From: Nitrospirota bacterium
Lineage (GTDB): Bacteria > Nitrospirota > UBA9217
DNA length: 64,000 bases
Direction: 5' to 3'
Assembly: GCA_963751455.1 (NCBI GenBank)
Contig: CAVVUN010000012.1
Location: forward strand, 642,458-706,457
Below are positions 42,861 to 52,770 of this stretch, in pieces. How positions within the stretch are numbered: the stretch's first letter is position 1; every line of letters starts with the position of its first letter. Below the pieces are notes generated by a model, which made no database searches, was not told the origin of the DNA, and was given only the letters and a program-made list of their open reading frames with translations. The translations under genes were made by a program, and so were the position numbers.

Positions 42861-44594
42861 ATGATGAATAAAATAGCTGTGCTTCTTATTGAAGACAGTC
42901 CACTGGATGCGGACATTATCAAGGAGTTGCTGCGGACGGCGGGGCCGCAGTTCACCTTTTTCCATTCCCGCCGGCTGGCCGAAGACCTTACGCTCTTGGA
43001 TGAAAACCATTATGACATTGTTCTTCTTGACCTGGGTCTTCCGGATGCTGCCGGCATCGATTCTCTAACGAAACTGAATAAAGCGTCACCGACAATGCCC
43101 GTCATTGTGCTTGCCGCGGGAAGCGACGAAGCAGGCGCGGCGCAGTCACTGCAACAAGGCGCTCAGGATTATCTGATAAAAGGACGCATGAGCCCTGATC
43201 TGCTTGCCCGGTCGATTCGCTATTCCATGGAACGGAAACAATTGTCGCTTGAGTATGCCCTGCTTGCCAAAGAACACGATCGGATCAAAGATGAAATAAG
43301 CCGGATGGCGAACCGGGACGCCTTGACAGGCCTGCCCAACAGGCGTCTGTTGATTGATATGATGATCGTAGCGCGCGAACAGGCGCTTCGGAACCGTAAG
43401 AAAACAGCGGTGCTTTTTCTGGACTTGGACGGCTTTAAGGAGGTAAACGACACCCTGGGCCATGGTGCGGGCGACATGCTCCTCCAGGGAACTGCCGCGC
43501 GGCTGACCTCGCTCGTAAGGAAGTCCGACACGGTTGCGCATATCGAGGGCGACGAATTCGCCGTCATTCTGGCCGATATCATCCGACCGGAACATGCCGC
43601 AGGCATCGCGCGAAAAATTCTGGAGTCCATACGCAGGCCGTTCCTGATCGGTGAACATCAAGTGCAGGTGACCACGAGCATAGGCATCAGCCTCTTCCCG
43701 GACGATGAGCAAGACGTCGACGCCCTCTTGCGGTATGCCGACATCGCAATGCACCATGCAAAAGAGCTGGGAAGGAACACATACCGTTTCTATGATGACT
43801 CAATCACTATTAGCTCTCTTGAACGCGTACGGAATGAAACGATGCTGAGGCGAAGCCTCGATGCCGGAGAAATGCTCATTTACTATCAGCCGCTGGTCGA
43901 TGTTGCAACCCGCCGCATCGTATGCGCGGAAGCGCTCGCGCGCTGGAACCAACCTGAAAAGGGACTTCTGTTACCCGAGGATTTCATTCCTTCCGCCGAG
44001 GAAACCGGGTTTATCACCGCCCTCGACGAATGGGTGCTCAGGGCGGTGTCCTCACAGCTCAGCTCGTGGCTGAACGCCCGCCTCTCACGGGTCTGCGCCG
44101 CGGTGAACCTTTCTGCCCGCCAGTTTCAGGACCCCGCGCTTGCCGATACGGTATCGAGGATAATCAGGGAAACGGGGATCCCTCCGCACTCTCTCAATCT
44201 CGAAATCAGTGAGAACACGGCGATGGACAATGTCGAACGGACCGAAATCCGACTAAGGGAGCTTACCGCGCTAGGGGTCCGTATCTCCATAGACCAGTTC
44301 GGCACCGGCTATTCCTCCCTCAATCATATCAAGCGCCTGCCGATCGAACGGCTCAAGATCGACAAATCGTTTATTCGTCACATTCCCGACGACCCTGACG
44401 ACAGAACGATTATCCGGGCTTTGACGGCCTTTGGGCATAATATGCGGTTAAAAGTCGCTGCCGAAGGCGTGGAAACAGAGGACCAGCTGACGTTTCTCCG
44501 GAGAACGGGCTGCGATGAGATACAGGGGTATCTCTTCGGTAAACCGGCACCCGCCGAAGAATTCGAGGAGCTGCTCGCGAAGAAAGCCGCGTAA
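42861..44594 (+). CDS. REC-GGDEF-EAL protein with variant motifs
   Basis: REC; DALTGLPNR; DLDGFKEVNDTLGH; HIEGDEF; EALARW; IDQFGTGYSS; AEGVET; QGYLF. Confidence 0.92.
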   Translation: MMNKIAVLLIEDSPLDADIIKELLRTAGPQFTFFHSRRLAEDLTLLDENHYDIVLLDLGLPDAAGIDSLTKLNKASPTMPVIVLAAGSDEAGAAQSLQQGAQDYLIKGRMSPDLLARSIRYSMERKQLSLEYALLAKEHDRIKDEISRMANRDALTGLPNRRLLIDMMIVAREQALRNRKKTAVLFLDLDGFKEVNDTLGHGAGDMLLQGTAARLTSLVRKSDTVAHIEGDEFAVILADIIRPEHAAGIARKILESIRRPFLIGEHQVQVTTSIGISLFPDDEQDVDALLRYADIAMHHAKELGRNTYRFYDDSITISSLERVRNETMLRRSLDAGEMLIYYQPLVDVATRRIVCAEALARWNQPEKGLLLPEDFIPSAEETGFITALDEWVLRAVSSQLSSWLNARLSRVCAAVNLSARQFQDPALADTVSRIIRETGIPPHSLNLEISENTAMDNVERTEIRLRELTALGVRISIDQFGTGYSSLNHIKRLPIERLKIDKSFIRHIPDDPDDRTIIRALTAFGHNMRLKVAAEGVETEDQLTFLRRTGCDEIQGYLFGKPAPAEEFEELLAKKAA

Positions 44595-44628
44595 TGTGGA
44601 GAGATAGGGTCAAGCAACAGGGGGCCAT

Positions 44629-44690
44629 CAATTGCGGATTGCGGAGTCCGGAATGCAGCGGATTGCTGATTTGGACTGCGGAATTTTAAG
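44629..44690. repeat. 7-nt-periodic element (tgcggat type)
   Basis: aattgcg-gattgcg-gagtccg-gaatgca-gcggatt-gctgatt-tggactg-cggaatt. Confidence 0.55.
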
Positions 44691-44736
44691 AGGGCAGGTC
44701 CAGGGGACACAGGGCGATATTCAGAAACAGTTCCCT

Positions 44737-45153
44737 TCAGAGCCTGCCCCCTGGCATTTTCTTGTGGCAGCTGAAGCAGAAGATTTTGCCCGGGGTTCTT
44801 CTCAGATAAAATCGCTTTGTGCCGTCCTGATCCCGGTATTCTCCGTGGAAGGCATGGCAGGTGATGCAGACGACCTTTCCGTCGGCGCCGAGGATCATAT
44901 CGGGCGGGATACGCATGGAAGGCGCCACGTTCACGGGATGAGACAGGATTTTATCGACGCCGTGATGGCGCTCATGGCACGACCCGCATACGTCTCCGAC
45001 TTCGCTCCGAAGCAACGACGCCCTGCCGGAAAAAGGAAGGCGCGTGTGGCATTCGACGCACGGGACCTTCAGCAGGCCCTGATGCGCGGCATCCTTCACG
45101 GGCTGCGAAAGCGCGGTGAGCATCACGGCCAATATGACTCCGGAAGCGGTCAT
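44737..45153 (-). CDS. Tetraheme c-type cytochrome
   Basis: Signal peptide; CVECH, CGSCH, CITCH, CFSCH; SHPV. Confidence 0.9.
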   Translation of the reverse strand: MTASGVILAVMLTALSQPVKDAAHQGLLKVPCVECHTRLPFSGRASLLRSEVGDVCGSCHERHHGVDKILSHPVNVAPSMRIPPDMILGADGKVVCITCHAFHGEYRDQDGTKRFYLRRTPGKIFCFSCHKKMPGGRL

Positions 45154-45731
45154 ATTTTAAAAGCTCCTATCCCCTCTTGCATGGACCTGATCGCCCGCAT
45201 CATGGTTTCGCGGCTCGCCCGGTACTCTGCTGAATCGGGTGAGACCTTCAGCCCGCCTGCCGCTTCGGTCACCTCACGGGCGAGTTCCTTTAACCGCATG
45301 ATCCCGCCGTTCAGCTCGCAGGTCATTGCATTGATCTCCTCGGCAAAGTCGTGGAACTCGTCCCTTTCTCGCATGGTGACCCGGCAGCTCAGGTCGCCGG
45401 CGGTCATTTTTTGAAGGTCGGACCTGATCTGGCGCAGCGAATCCGATATTGTGTGATATAGTTTCCGGGACGACCACAGCAGCAGAAGACTGACTGCGGC
45501 TACGGCCGCCACGCCGGCAAGGAGCGCCAACGGCGTAAGAAGCGCGCCTGGATCCGTGTTCGGAAGCTGCATCGAAAAAAGCAAGGTGTCGATCCTGCTC
45601 CTGGCCGGAATGATGAACAACGTTACCGCAATGATATTGGCCAGGAGCGAGGAGAGGAGAAAGGGGATCATGAACCTGGTCTGAAAGCCCTTCTTGATAA
45701 AGTAGTTTCTTCTTTTATAGGCCGCGGCCAT
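45150..45731 (-). CDS. Short 2-TM HAMP/coiled-coil protein (no complete signalling domain)
   Basis: YKRRNYFIKKGFQTRF; two TMs; GDLSCRVTMRERDEFHDFAEEIN HAMP. Confidence 0.8.
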   Translation of the reverse strand: MAAAYKRRNYFIKKGFQTRFMIPFLLSSLLANIIAVTLFIIPARSRIDTLLFSMQLPNTDPGALLTPLALLAGVAAVAAVSLLLLWSSRKLYHTISDSLRQIRSDLQKMTAGDLSCRVTMRERDEFHDFAEEINAMTCELNGGIMRLKELAREVTEAAGGLKVSPDSAEYRASRETMMRAIRSMQEGIGAFKI

Positions 45732-45745
45732 GTTTGCCCTCCCCT

Positions 45746-46558
45746 TTAAGCGATATGGCAAGAAAAACAAAGCTTGCTGTGCTCATCGCTCATGACCAGT
45801 TTTTTCGGAAGACGCGAGTACGGGTCGTGACAGGACCCGCAACCAACCTTCCCGTTGAAAAACCGTATCCGCCGGTCCACCTCGTAGATGGATATAAGGT
45901 CCATTTTTCTTCCCTGTTTGAGCCGTGCACGCTCGTAATCAACGCCGATCGGGTGGCTGCCCCCGTCATACCTCATCAGGTCCTTGCTGTGCTTCCACAC
46001 GCCGGCGCCGATCGTCACCGATTTTGCATATACACCGTCGTGGCAGCTCAGGCAGTTGAAGGACATGGCGTCTATTTCCCCGCTCGGATCGGTTACGATG
46101 TACCCGGACCGGAAATGCGCCTCTCCCAAAGATGCCGTGTGCCCCGTGGCAATGTCCCTGTGGCAGAGCCGGCAGAATGCCTTACCTGCTTCCTGGCGCC
46201 TGAGGAAGTGGGTCGGGGCGCCGTACGGTGTGAAAAAGTCGGAGTGAACGTCGTGACAGGTGGCGCACATTATTTCACCGGCGCGTGAGAGGGGCATGTC
46301 GTCGGGTATGATGACACCTGCGGGCTTGATATCCACGGGATGCATATACCCCTCGGCAAGGGTCTTCTCGTGGCACACGGCGCAGAGGAGGCTGACCGGC
46401 CCGGTCATCTCGCGCGCCGTTGCCCCGGAGGGTTCGGCCGCGAGATGACATGATGAACATTCCTTGAAGGCATGCGGCTGATTTTCCAGGCTGAAGACAA
46501 TAAGAGACAGCAGAACGGCAACAGCGAAAATTAAGGCAAGTACGGACTTCTGCCTCAT
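45746..46558 (-). CDS. Heptaheme c-type cytochrome (doubled-CxxCH family)
   Basis: CSSCH, CAVCH, CATCH, CRLCH, CLSCH, CGSCH, CFSCH; MHPV and SHPIG distal His motifs. Confidence 0.92.
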   Translation of the reverse strand: MRQKSVLALIFAVAVLLSLIVFSLENQPHAFKECSSCHLAAEPSGATAREMTGPVSLLCAVCHEKTLAEGYMHPVDIKPAGVIIPDDMPLSRAGEIMCATCHDVHSDFFTPYGAPTHFLRRQEAGKAFCRLCHRDIATGHTASLGEAHFRSGYIVTDPSGEIDAMSFNCLSCHDGVYAKSVTIGAGVWKHSKDLMRYDGGSHPIGVDYERARLKQGRKMDLISIYEVDRRIRFFNGKVGCGSCHDPYSRLPKKLVMSDEHSKLCFSCHIA

Positions 46559-47079
46559 GACTTGATCTGGTTGAGCAATCCGTTGAGCTCATCTATCCTC
46601 TCCGAGATTTTTCGGGATTCCGGATCGTCCATGGCCGATTCAAGCTCCCGCGTCTTTGTTTTCAGCTCGACAAGCAGAACCCGATAACGGCCTGACAAAT
46701 CGTTCAGATCGTCGGCAACGGCATGAAGGACATCGGTTTTTCTCAAGTGGACCGGTTCCGCGAGGTCCCCTGACGCGATCCGCCGCGCCTGCATGCCGAG
46801 CCGGTAAAGCGGACCTGCCACGCGGTGAGAATAGAGTATGGCAATAACGATGATCGCGGCGATGCTCAAGAGAAGGGTGAGAGAGAACAAGAAAAGCGTT
46901 TTGTCGACGAGGCTGCGGTTCAATTCGGCCAGGAGCGCGTAGCTGTCCGCATATGACGTCCCGCGGTCCCCGAGCAAGAGAGAGAGGCCTGTCACGGTCA
47001 GAATGGCCCCGCAGGCGAAGAGGACCGTGTTCAACACGATAAAGCTCTTAAAATAGGATTTTGGCAGTGTTTTTTTCAT
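46555..47079 (-). CDS. Short 2-TM HAMP protein
   Basis: Two TMs; SHRVAGPLYRL..RRIASGDLAEPVHLRKTDVL HAMP; short coiled-coil tail. Confidence 0.8.
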   Translation of the reverse strand: MKKTLPKSYFKSFIVLNTVLFACGAILTVTGLSLLLGDRGTSYADSYALLAELNRSLVDKTLFLFSLTLLLSIAAIIVIAILYSHRVAGPLYRLGMQARRIASGDLAEPVHLRKTDVLHAVADDLNDLSGRYRVLLVELKTKTRELESAMDDPESRKISERIDELNGLLNQIKS

Positions 47080-47455
47080 GGCATGCAAGCCCCGGGATTC
47101 CATGAACGAAGGACCCCATTTTCCGCCCTTGATCACGCTCCATTAAGTGAGATATTACTGTAGATTCCGGCAATCGTCAAGCGAATCTGTGACGGCATGC
47201 ATCCGCCCATTCTTTTTGATTTTTTTGCAGGCGCATCGCTTAGCCTCCTCTGCGTGTCCGTGCAATCATCCTGCGTTTCAATATAGTTATAGGTCTGTCC
47301 AACCTGAAGCGTTTCTCTTTTCCGATATAGTATGACGGCATGCTTCACGGCAGCCACGCGTCAGAGCCGCCCGCAGCCCATAAGGCATCACGCCGAACTA
47401 CAAACTCCTTTACTCCCATCCGACTCGGTGGTAAAATATACTTTCGCCGTCAATC

Positions 47456-50248
47456 ATGGATAAAATAATTATTAAAGGCTGCCGCCAGCACAACCTGAAA
47501 AATATCGACCTGGAAATCCCCAGGGACAAGCTGGTCGTTATCACGGGCTTGTCCGGGTCGGGGAAATCGTCGCTCGCATTCGACACAATTTATGCTGAAG
47601 GACAGCGCCGCTACGTTGAGAGTCTCTCTGCCTATGCGCGCCAGTTCCTCGGCCAGATGGACAAGCCGGACGTTGATTCGATCGACGGCCTTTCCCCTGC
47701 CATCGCCATCGAGCAAAAAACAACGAGTAAGAACCCGCGTTCGACCGTAGGCACCGTAACAGAGGTGTATGACTACCTCCGCCTGCTTTTTGCCAGGATC
47801 GGCAGGCCCTACTGTTACAAGTGCGGCCGGGAGATAACGGCACAGACCGTTCAGCAGATAACAGACGCGGTCATGGGCCTGCCTAAGGACTCGCGTATCC
47901 AGATCCTCGCGCCGATCGTCCGGGGCAGAAAAGGCGAATACAAGAAAGAGTTGATGGCAGCGGCGGCTTCAGGGTACGTGCGGGGCAGAATCGACGGAGT
48001 CATAAAAGAGCTTTCCGAGCCGGTGCCGATGGACAAGAAGAAAAAGCACGACATCGAGATCATCATCGACAGGCTCGTGGTCAAGCCGGGAGCAGAACGC
48101 AGGATTGCAGAATCGATCGAGACCGCGCTCCGGCTCGCTGACGGCATCGTGCTCGTAAACCTCGTGGACCAGAAGAAAGACCTGCTCTACAGCGAGAAAC
48201 TCGCGTGCATCGTGGACGGCATCAGCTATCCCGAGGTAACCCCGCAGATATTTTCATTCAACAGCCCGCAGGGCGCATGTCCCACGTGCGACGGCCTGGG
48301 GGGGCTCCTCGAATTCGATCCGGGACGCATCGTTCCCAATACAAACCTCTCGCTCCGCGAAGGCGCGATCAAACCCTGGTCTAAGCGAACTTCTTTCCAG
48401 TACTACCAAATGCTCGAATCGATCGCCAAGGGATGCAATTTCGACGTAAATACGCCGTTCAAGGACCTGAAGGCCTACCAGCAAAAGGCTTTGCTGCACG
48501 GCACCATTGAGAATGGTGCAAAGCCGGTCGGCAAGGCATCGGCATGCAAGCCGTTTGAAGGGATCATCGAGCTCCTGAAGCAGAAATACGAAGAGACCGA
48601 GTCGTTCGCAACACAGTGGGAGCTCGAACAGTATATGAGCTACCAGACCTGCCCGGATTGCGAGGGAAGCCGGCTGAGGCAGGAGTCCACGGCCATCAAG
48701 GTTGCGGGGAAAACAATCCATGAAGTGACGGCCATGAGCATCGAACAGGCTCTCGCCTTTTTTACCGGACTTACGCTGAATGCAAAAGAGACCGCGATCG
48801 CGCAGCGAATCATGAAGGAAATCCGGGAACGGCTCGGATTCATGGTCCACGTGGGCCTCGACTACCTCACGCTTGAGCGCGGGGCAGCTACGCTCTCGGG
48901 CGGCGAAGGCCAGCGGATCCGGCTCGCGACCCAGATCGGCTCATCGCTGGTCGGCGTGCTGTATATTCTGGATGAGCCCAGCATAGGCCTCCACCAGCGC
49001 GACAACCGAAGACTTCTCGATACGCTCTTCCGTCTCAGGGACCTGGGGAATACGGTGCTCGTCGTCGAACACGACGAGGAAACGATCCGTTCCGCGGACC
49101 ATGTGATCGACATGGGCCCGGGCGCGGGAGTGCACGGCGGAGAAGTGATCGCACGGGGAACCCCTGAAGAGATCCAGGCGAACGACCAATCGCTTACGGG
49201 CAAATATCTTTCGGGCAAGGCCTTCATCCCGGCGCCTTCCAAACGAAGGACCTCGGAAAAATCCGTGACGGTGGTATCGGCGGTCGAAAACAACCTGAAG
49301 AACATTACCATAGACTTTCCCCTGGGCCTCTTGACGTGTGTTACCGGCGTGTCCGGTTCGGGCAAAAGCACTCTCGTCGTCGACATACTCTATCGCGCGC
49401 TCGCGCAAAGGCTGTACCGGTCGTCCGAGCGCGCAGGCATGCACAAGGACATAAAGGGCCTTGATAACATCGACAAGGTGATCGACATCGACCAGTCGCC
49501 GATCGGCAGGACGCCGCGCTCGAACCCGGCAACGTACACGGGGGTCTTCGGCCCGGTCCGGGACCTGTTCTCCCAGCTGCCTGAATCGCGCATGCGCGGG
49601 TACAAGCCGGGCCGCTACAGCTTCAACGTGAAGGGCGGCAGGTGCGAAGCATGCGAGGGCGACGGGCTGATCAAGATTGAAATGCATTTTCTTCCCGATG
49701 TGTATGTGACCTGCGATGTGTGCCGCGGCTCCCGCTACAACCGCGAAACTCTCGACATCCGCTTTAAGGGCAAAAATATAGCCGAGGTACTGGCCATGAC
49801 CGTGGAACAGGCCCTCGAATTCTTCCAGGCAATCCCCCCGATCAGGGCCAAGCTTCAGACGCTCATGGACGTAGGCCTGGGCTACATAACGCTCGGCCAG
49901 TCCGCAACCACACTTTCCGGAGGCGAATCACAGCGCGTGAAACTCTCCAAGGAACTCTCGCGCCGCGCAACCGGCAGGACGCTCTATATCCTGGACGAGC
50001 CTACAACGGGTCTGCACTTCGAAGACGTGAAGAAGCTCCTCGACATGCTGAACCAGCTTGTAGATACCGGAAATACCGTTGTCGTGATCGAGCACAACCT
50101 CGACGTGATCAAGACCGCTGACTGGATCATCGACCTCGGGCCGGAGGGTGGCGACCGCGGCGGCGAAATCGTGGCACAGGGAACGCCGGAGGCTGTGGCC
50201 CATGTGAAAAAATCATATACCGGCCAGTTTTTGAAGAAGGTACTGTGA
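47456..50248 (+). CDS. uvrA: Excinuclease ABC subunit A
   Basis: GLSGSGKSS; GVSGSGKST; LSGGE twice; Zn fingers; [14 protein letters not shown]. Confidence 0.99.
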   Translation: MDKIIIKGCRQHNLKNIDLEIPRDKLVVITGLSGSGKSSLAFDTIYAEGQRRYVESLSAYARQFLGQMDKPDVDSIDGLSPAIAIEQKTTSKNPRSTVGTVTEVYDYLRLLFARIGRPYCYKCGREITAQTVQQITDAVMGLPKDSRIQILAPIVRGRKGEYKKELMAAAASGYVRGRIDGVIKELSEPVPMDKKKKHDIEIIIDRLVVKPGAERRIAESIETALRLADGIVLVNLVDQKKDLLYSEKLACIVDGISYPEVTPQIFSFNSPQGACPTCDGLGGLLEFDPGRIVPNTNLSLREGAIKPWSKRTSFQYYQMLESIAKGCNFDVNTPFKDLKAYQQKALLHGTIENGAKPVGKASACKPFEGIIELLKQKYEETESFATQWELEQYMSYQTCPDCEGSRLRQESTAIKVAGKTIHEVTAMSIEQALAFFTGLTLNAKETAIAQRIMKEIRERLGFMVHVGLDYLTLERGAATLSGGEGQRIRLATQIGSSLVGVLYILDEPSIGLHQRDNRRLLDTLFRLRDLGNTVLVVEHDEETIRSADHVIDMGPGAGVHGGEVIARGTPEEIQANDQSLTGKYLSGKAFIPAPSKRRTSEKSVTVVSAVENNLKNITIDFPLGLLTCVTGVSGSGKSTLVVDILYRALAQRLYRSSERAGMHKDIKGLDNIDKVIDIDQSPIGRTPRSNPATYTGVFGPVRDLFSQLPESRMRGYKPGRYSFNVKGGRCEACEGDGLIKIEMHFLPDVYVTCDVCRGSRYNRETLDIRFKGKNIAEVLAMTVEQALEFFQAIPPIRAKLQTLMDVGLGYITLGQSATTLSGGESQRVKLSKELSRRATGRTLYILDEPTTGLHFEDVKKLLDMLNQLVDTGNTVVVIEHNLDVIKTADWIIDLGPEGGDRGGEIVAQGTPEAVAHVKKSYTGQFLKKVL

Positions 50249-50492
50249 CTGATCCAGGATGCAGTGCTTCAAGAAAGAGCAATAGGCGGCAGATTTTCGC
50301 AGATGAGCGCAGATAATTCACAGGATGCCGGCTTTGTACCTGATTAATCGTTCCAGCATTTTTTAAAAGCAAGTTGCATGACGATTTAGGGTTGCATTAC
50401 GCGGCCTTCTTCATGTATCCTTAAACCCGTACCGCGCATCATGGATGTTGGTTTCTGTTTGTTCACCTTCTGATTTCAAACATGGAGGCCGT

Positions 50493-50966
50493 ATGAACCG
50501 CCTGATTCTTCTTTTCTTCGTATCCCTTCTTGTCGTGAGCTCATCAGCCTGCAGCGAAAAAAAGCCGCCCACTGATACGGCAATCAAGGGACATAGCGTC
50601 GTCGCCGCTCTTGAAGACATGAGCCACATGTACGAAATGAAGAACCTGCCGGGCTTCATGAACCTTGTTTCAGAAAATTTCAAGGACCGGCAGACATTCG
50701 CCTCCTCAATTCAGGTCGTGTTCGCAAAATACGAAACTGTCAGGTTCACGGTCCAGTTCACGAAAATGCTGATCGTGATCGACAACCTTGGCGCACCGAG
50801 AGCGGACCTCAACTGGGACAGCGAGTGGCAGACCGAAGGCGGCTCCATTCTGAAGAACAGCGGCCGGGGGACCTTCGTCTTCGATTCCAGGGATTCCAAG
50901 CTGGTCTCCATTGAAGGCAAAAACCCGTTTCTGCCTCAGCCAGTAGAAACGCCGGAAAAACAGTAA
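50493..50966 (+). CDS. Hypothetical lipoprotein (NTF2-like fold possible)
   Basis: GGAGG RBS; MNRLILLFFVSLLVVSSSAC lipobox. Confidence 0.7.
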   Translation: MNRLILLFFVSLLVVSSSACSEKKPPTDTAIKGHSVVAALEDMSHMYEMKNLPGFMNLVSENFKDRQTFASSIQVVFAKYETVRFTVQFTKMLIVIDNLGAPRADLNWDSEWQTEGGSILKNSGRGTFVFDSRDSKLVSIEGKNPFLPQPVETPEKQ

Positions 50967-51021
50967 TTTTACAATTGCGGATTTTGGATTGGCGCGAGAG
51001 CAGGGTGCATTCCATTAAGAT

Positions 51022-52597
51022 ATGAACTACACTGAAGAACATATTTCGACCGACTTCCTGATTATCGGGGGCGGCGTGGCTGGCCTGCGGGCAGCCGTTG
51101 AGCTTGCGCGGAACGGCACGGTCATTGCGGTGACTAAGGACGCCCCTTCCGAGAGCAGCAGCGAATATGCGCAGGGCGGGGTGGCGGTCGTGCTGTCCGA
51201 CGAGGATGAGATCTCTATTCATCTGGACGACACGATCAAGGCCGGAGATGGGCTCTGCCTGCGCAAGGCGGTAGGCACGCTCGTCGCCGAAGGGCCAACC
51301 CGGATTCGCGAGCTTATCCTGTGGGGCGCCGAGTTCGACAAGGAGGACACCAAGCTCGCCTTCACGCAGGAGGCAGCCCATTCTAAACGCAGGATACTTC
51401 ATGCGCAGGGAGATTCCACCGGCCACGAAATAATGCGCGTTCTCGTTGACAAGGTCCGAAGCATGGAAAACGTTTCGAAGATCGACTTTGCGTTCACAAG
51501 GGACTTGATCATAAAGAACGGCAGGTGCGTCGGCGCAATAGTGTGTCAGCAGGCGCTTAGAAAAAGTCCTCATCATATCGGCCCGTGCTGTGCTGCTTGC
51601 CACAGGAGGGGCCGGCCAGCTCTATGAGCGCACGACAAACCCGGCAGTCTCAACCGGCGACGGCATGGCAATGGCGTTTCGCGCGGGCGCGGCGCTGGTT
51701 GACATGGAATTCGTCCAGTTTCATCCTACAGCCCTCTTCCGGCCCGGTGCGCCTCAGTTTCTGCTGTCAGAAGCAATGCGTGGAGAGGGGGGGATGCTTA
51801 AAAATACGAACGGAGTCCGCTTTATGGACCGCTACCATCCCGCCCGCGAACTTGCGCCCCGTGATGTTGTTACACGCGCCATCCACTCGGAAATGACGGC
51901 AACCGGATCAAGCAATGTGTTCCTTGATATGACGCATTTGAACCCGGATTACCTCACGAAACGATTTCCGCGAATTTACCGGACCTGCAAGGGGCTCGGC
52001 ATCGATATTACCCGCGAACCCATCCCCGTGTCGCCCGCGGCCCATTACATCATGGGCGGCATCAGGACCGACCTCTGGGGTTCGACCAGCATACCTGGCT
52101 TGTTTGCCGCAGGCGAAACTGCATGCACGGGAGTGCACGGCGCGAACCGGCTCGCAAGCAACTCCCTGCTCGAAGGACTGGTCTACGGAGAACGGGCCGG
52201 CCTTGCCGCTGCGCGCTACGGTCGCAAGCACTTTAACAGGAACACCAACCTCGCCAAGACCTTTCTTAACAGCCTGCATAAGAATCATTCTGCCCCATCA
52301 GAGGCGAATGTCACTGCAATTCGGGCTTCACTTAAAAAACTTATGTGGGATAAGGTCGGTATTGTACGAAACAGGAAAGATCTGGCCGCCGCAATGAAAC
52401 AGCTTCGGGATTGGGACAGGAAGGTAAAGGGTCATCCTCCAGATAGAAGTGTTTTTGAGCTCAAGAATATGATCCTCACGTCAATGCTGATTACCCGTTC
52501 AGCGCTCCTGCGAGAAGGCAGCATCGGTGCGCACTTCAGAAGCGACTTCCCCTCAAAGGGCAAGAACTGGCGAAAGAGGACCCTGCTGACAAAGTAG
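51022..52597 (+). CDS. nadB: L-aspartate oxidase (+1 frameshift in the A-run at 51561-51565)
   Basis: IIGGGVAGL; SEYAQGG; EAAHSKRRILH; LATGGAG; EFVQFHPT; SEAMRGEG; HGANRLASNSLLE; removing one A joins the two ORFs. Confidence 0.93.
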
Positions 52598-52684
52598 CTG
52601 AAGCACAGCGAGCAGCCCCGCCGTTCCTGACGCCCTATTAATCTTCAATCCCCTTTTACGTACCCGTCACACGCTTTTTCCGCG

Positions 52685-52702
52685 TTGTGACTCGCATCAC
52701 AT
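52685..52702. promoter_or_regulatory. CRP/HcpR-type binding site
   Basis: tTGTGA-ctcgca-TCACAt, a perfect TGTGA-N6-TCACA about 70 bp upstream of 52771. Confidence 0.7.
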
Positions 52703-52770
52703 ATTTCCTCCACGGTAAAGCGTATTTTTTTAGCACTTTCAGATAATGAGCTTTTTGAGGAAGGTCGGAG

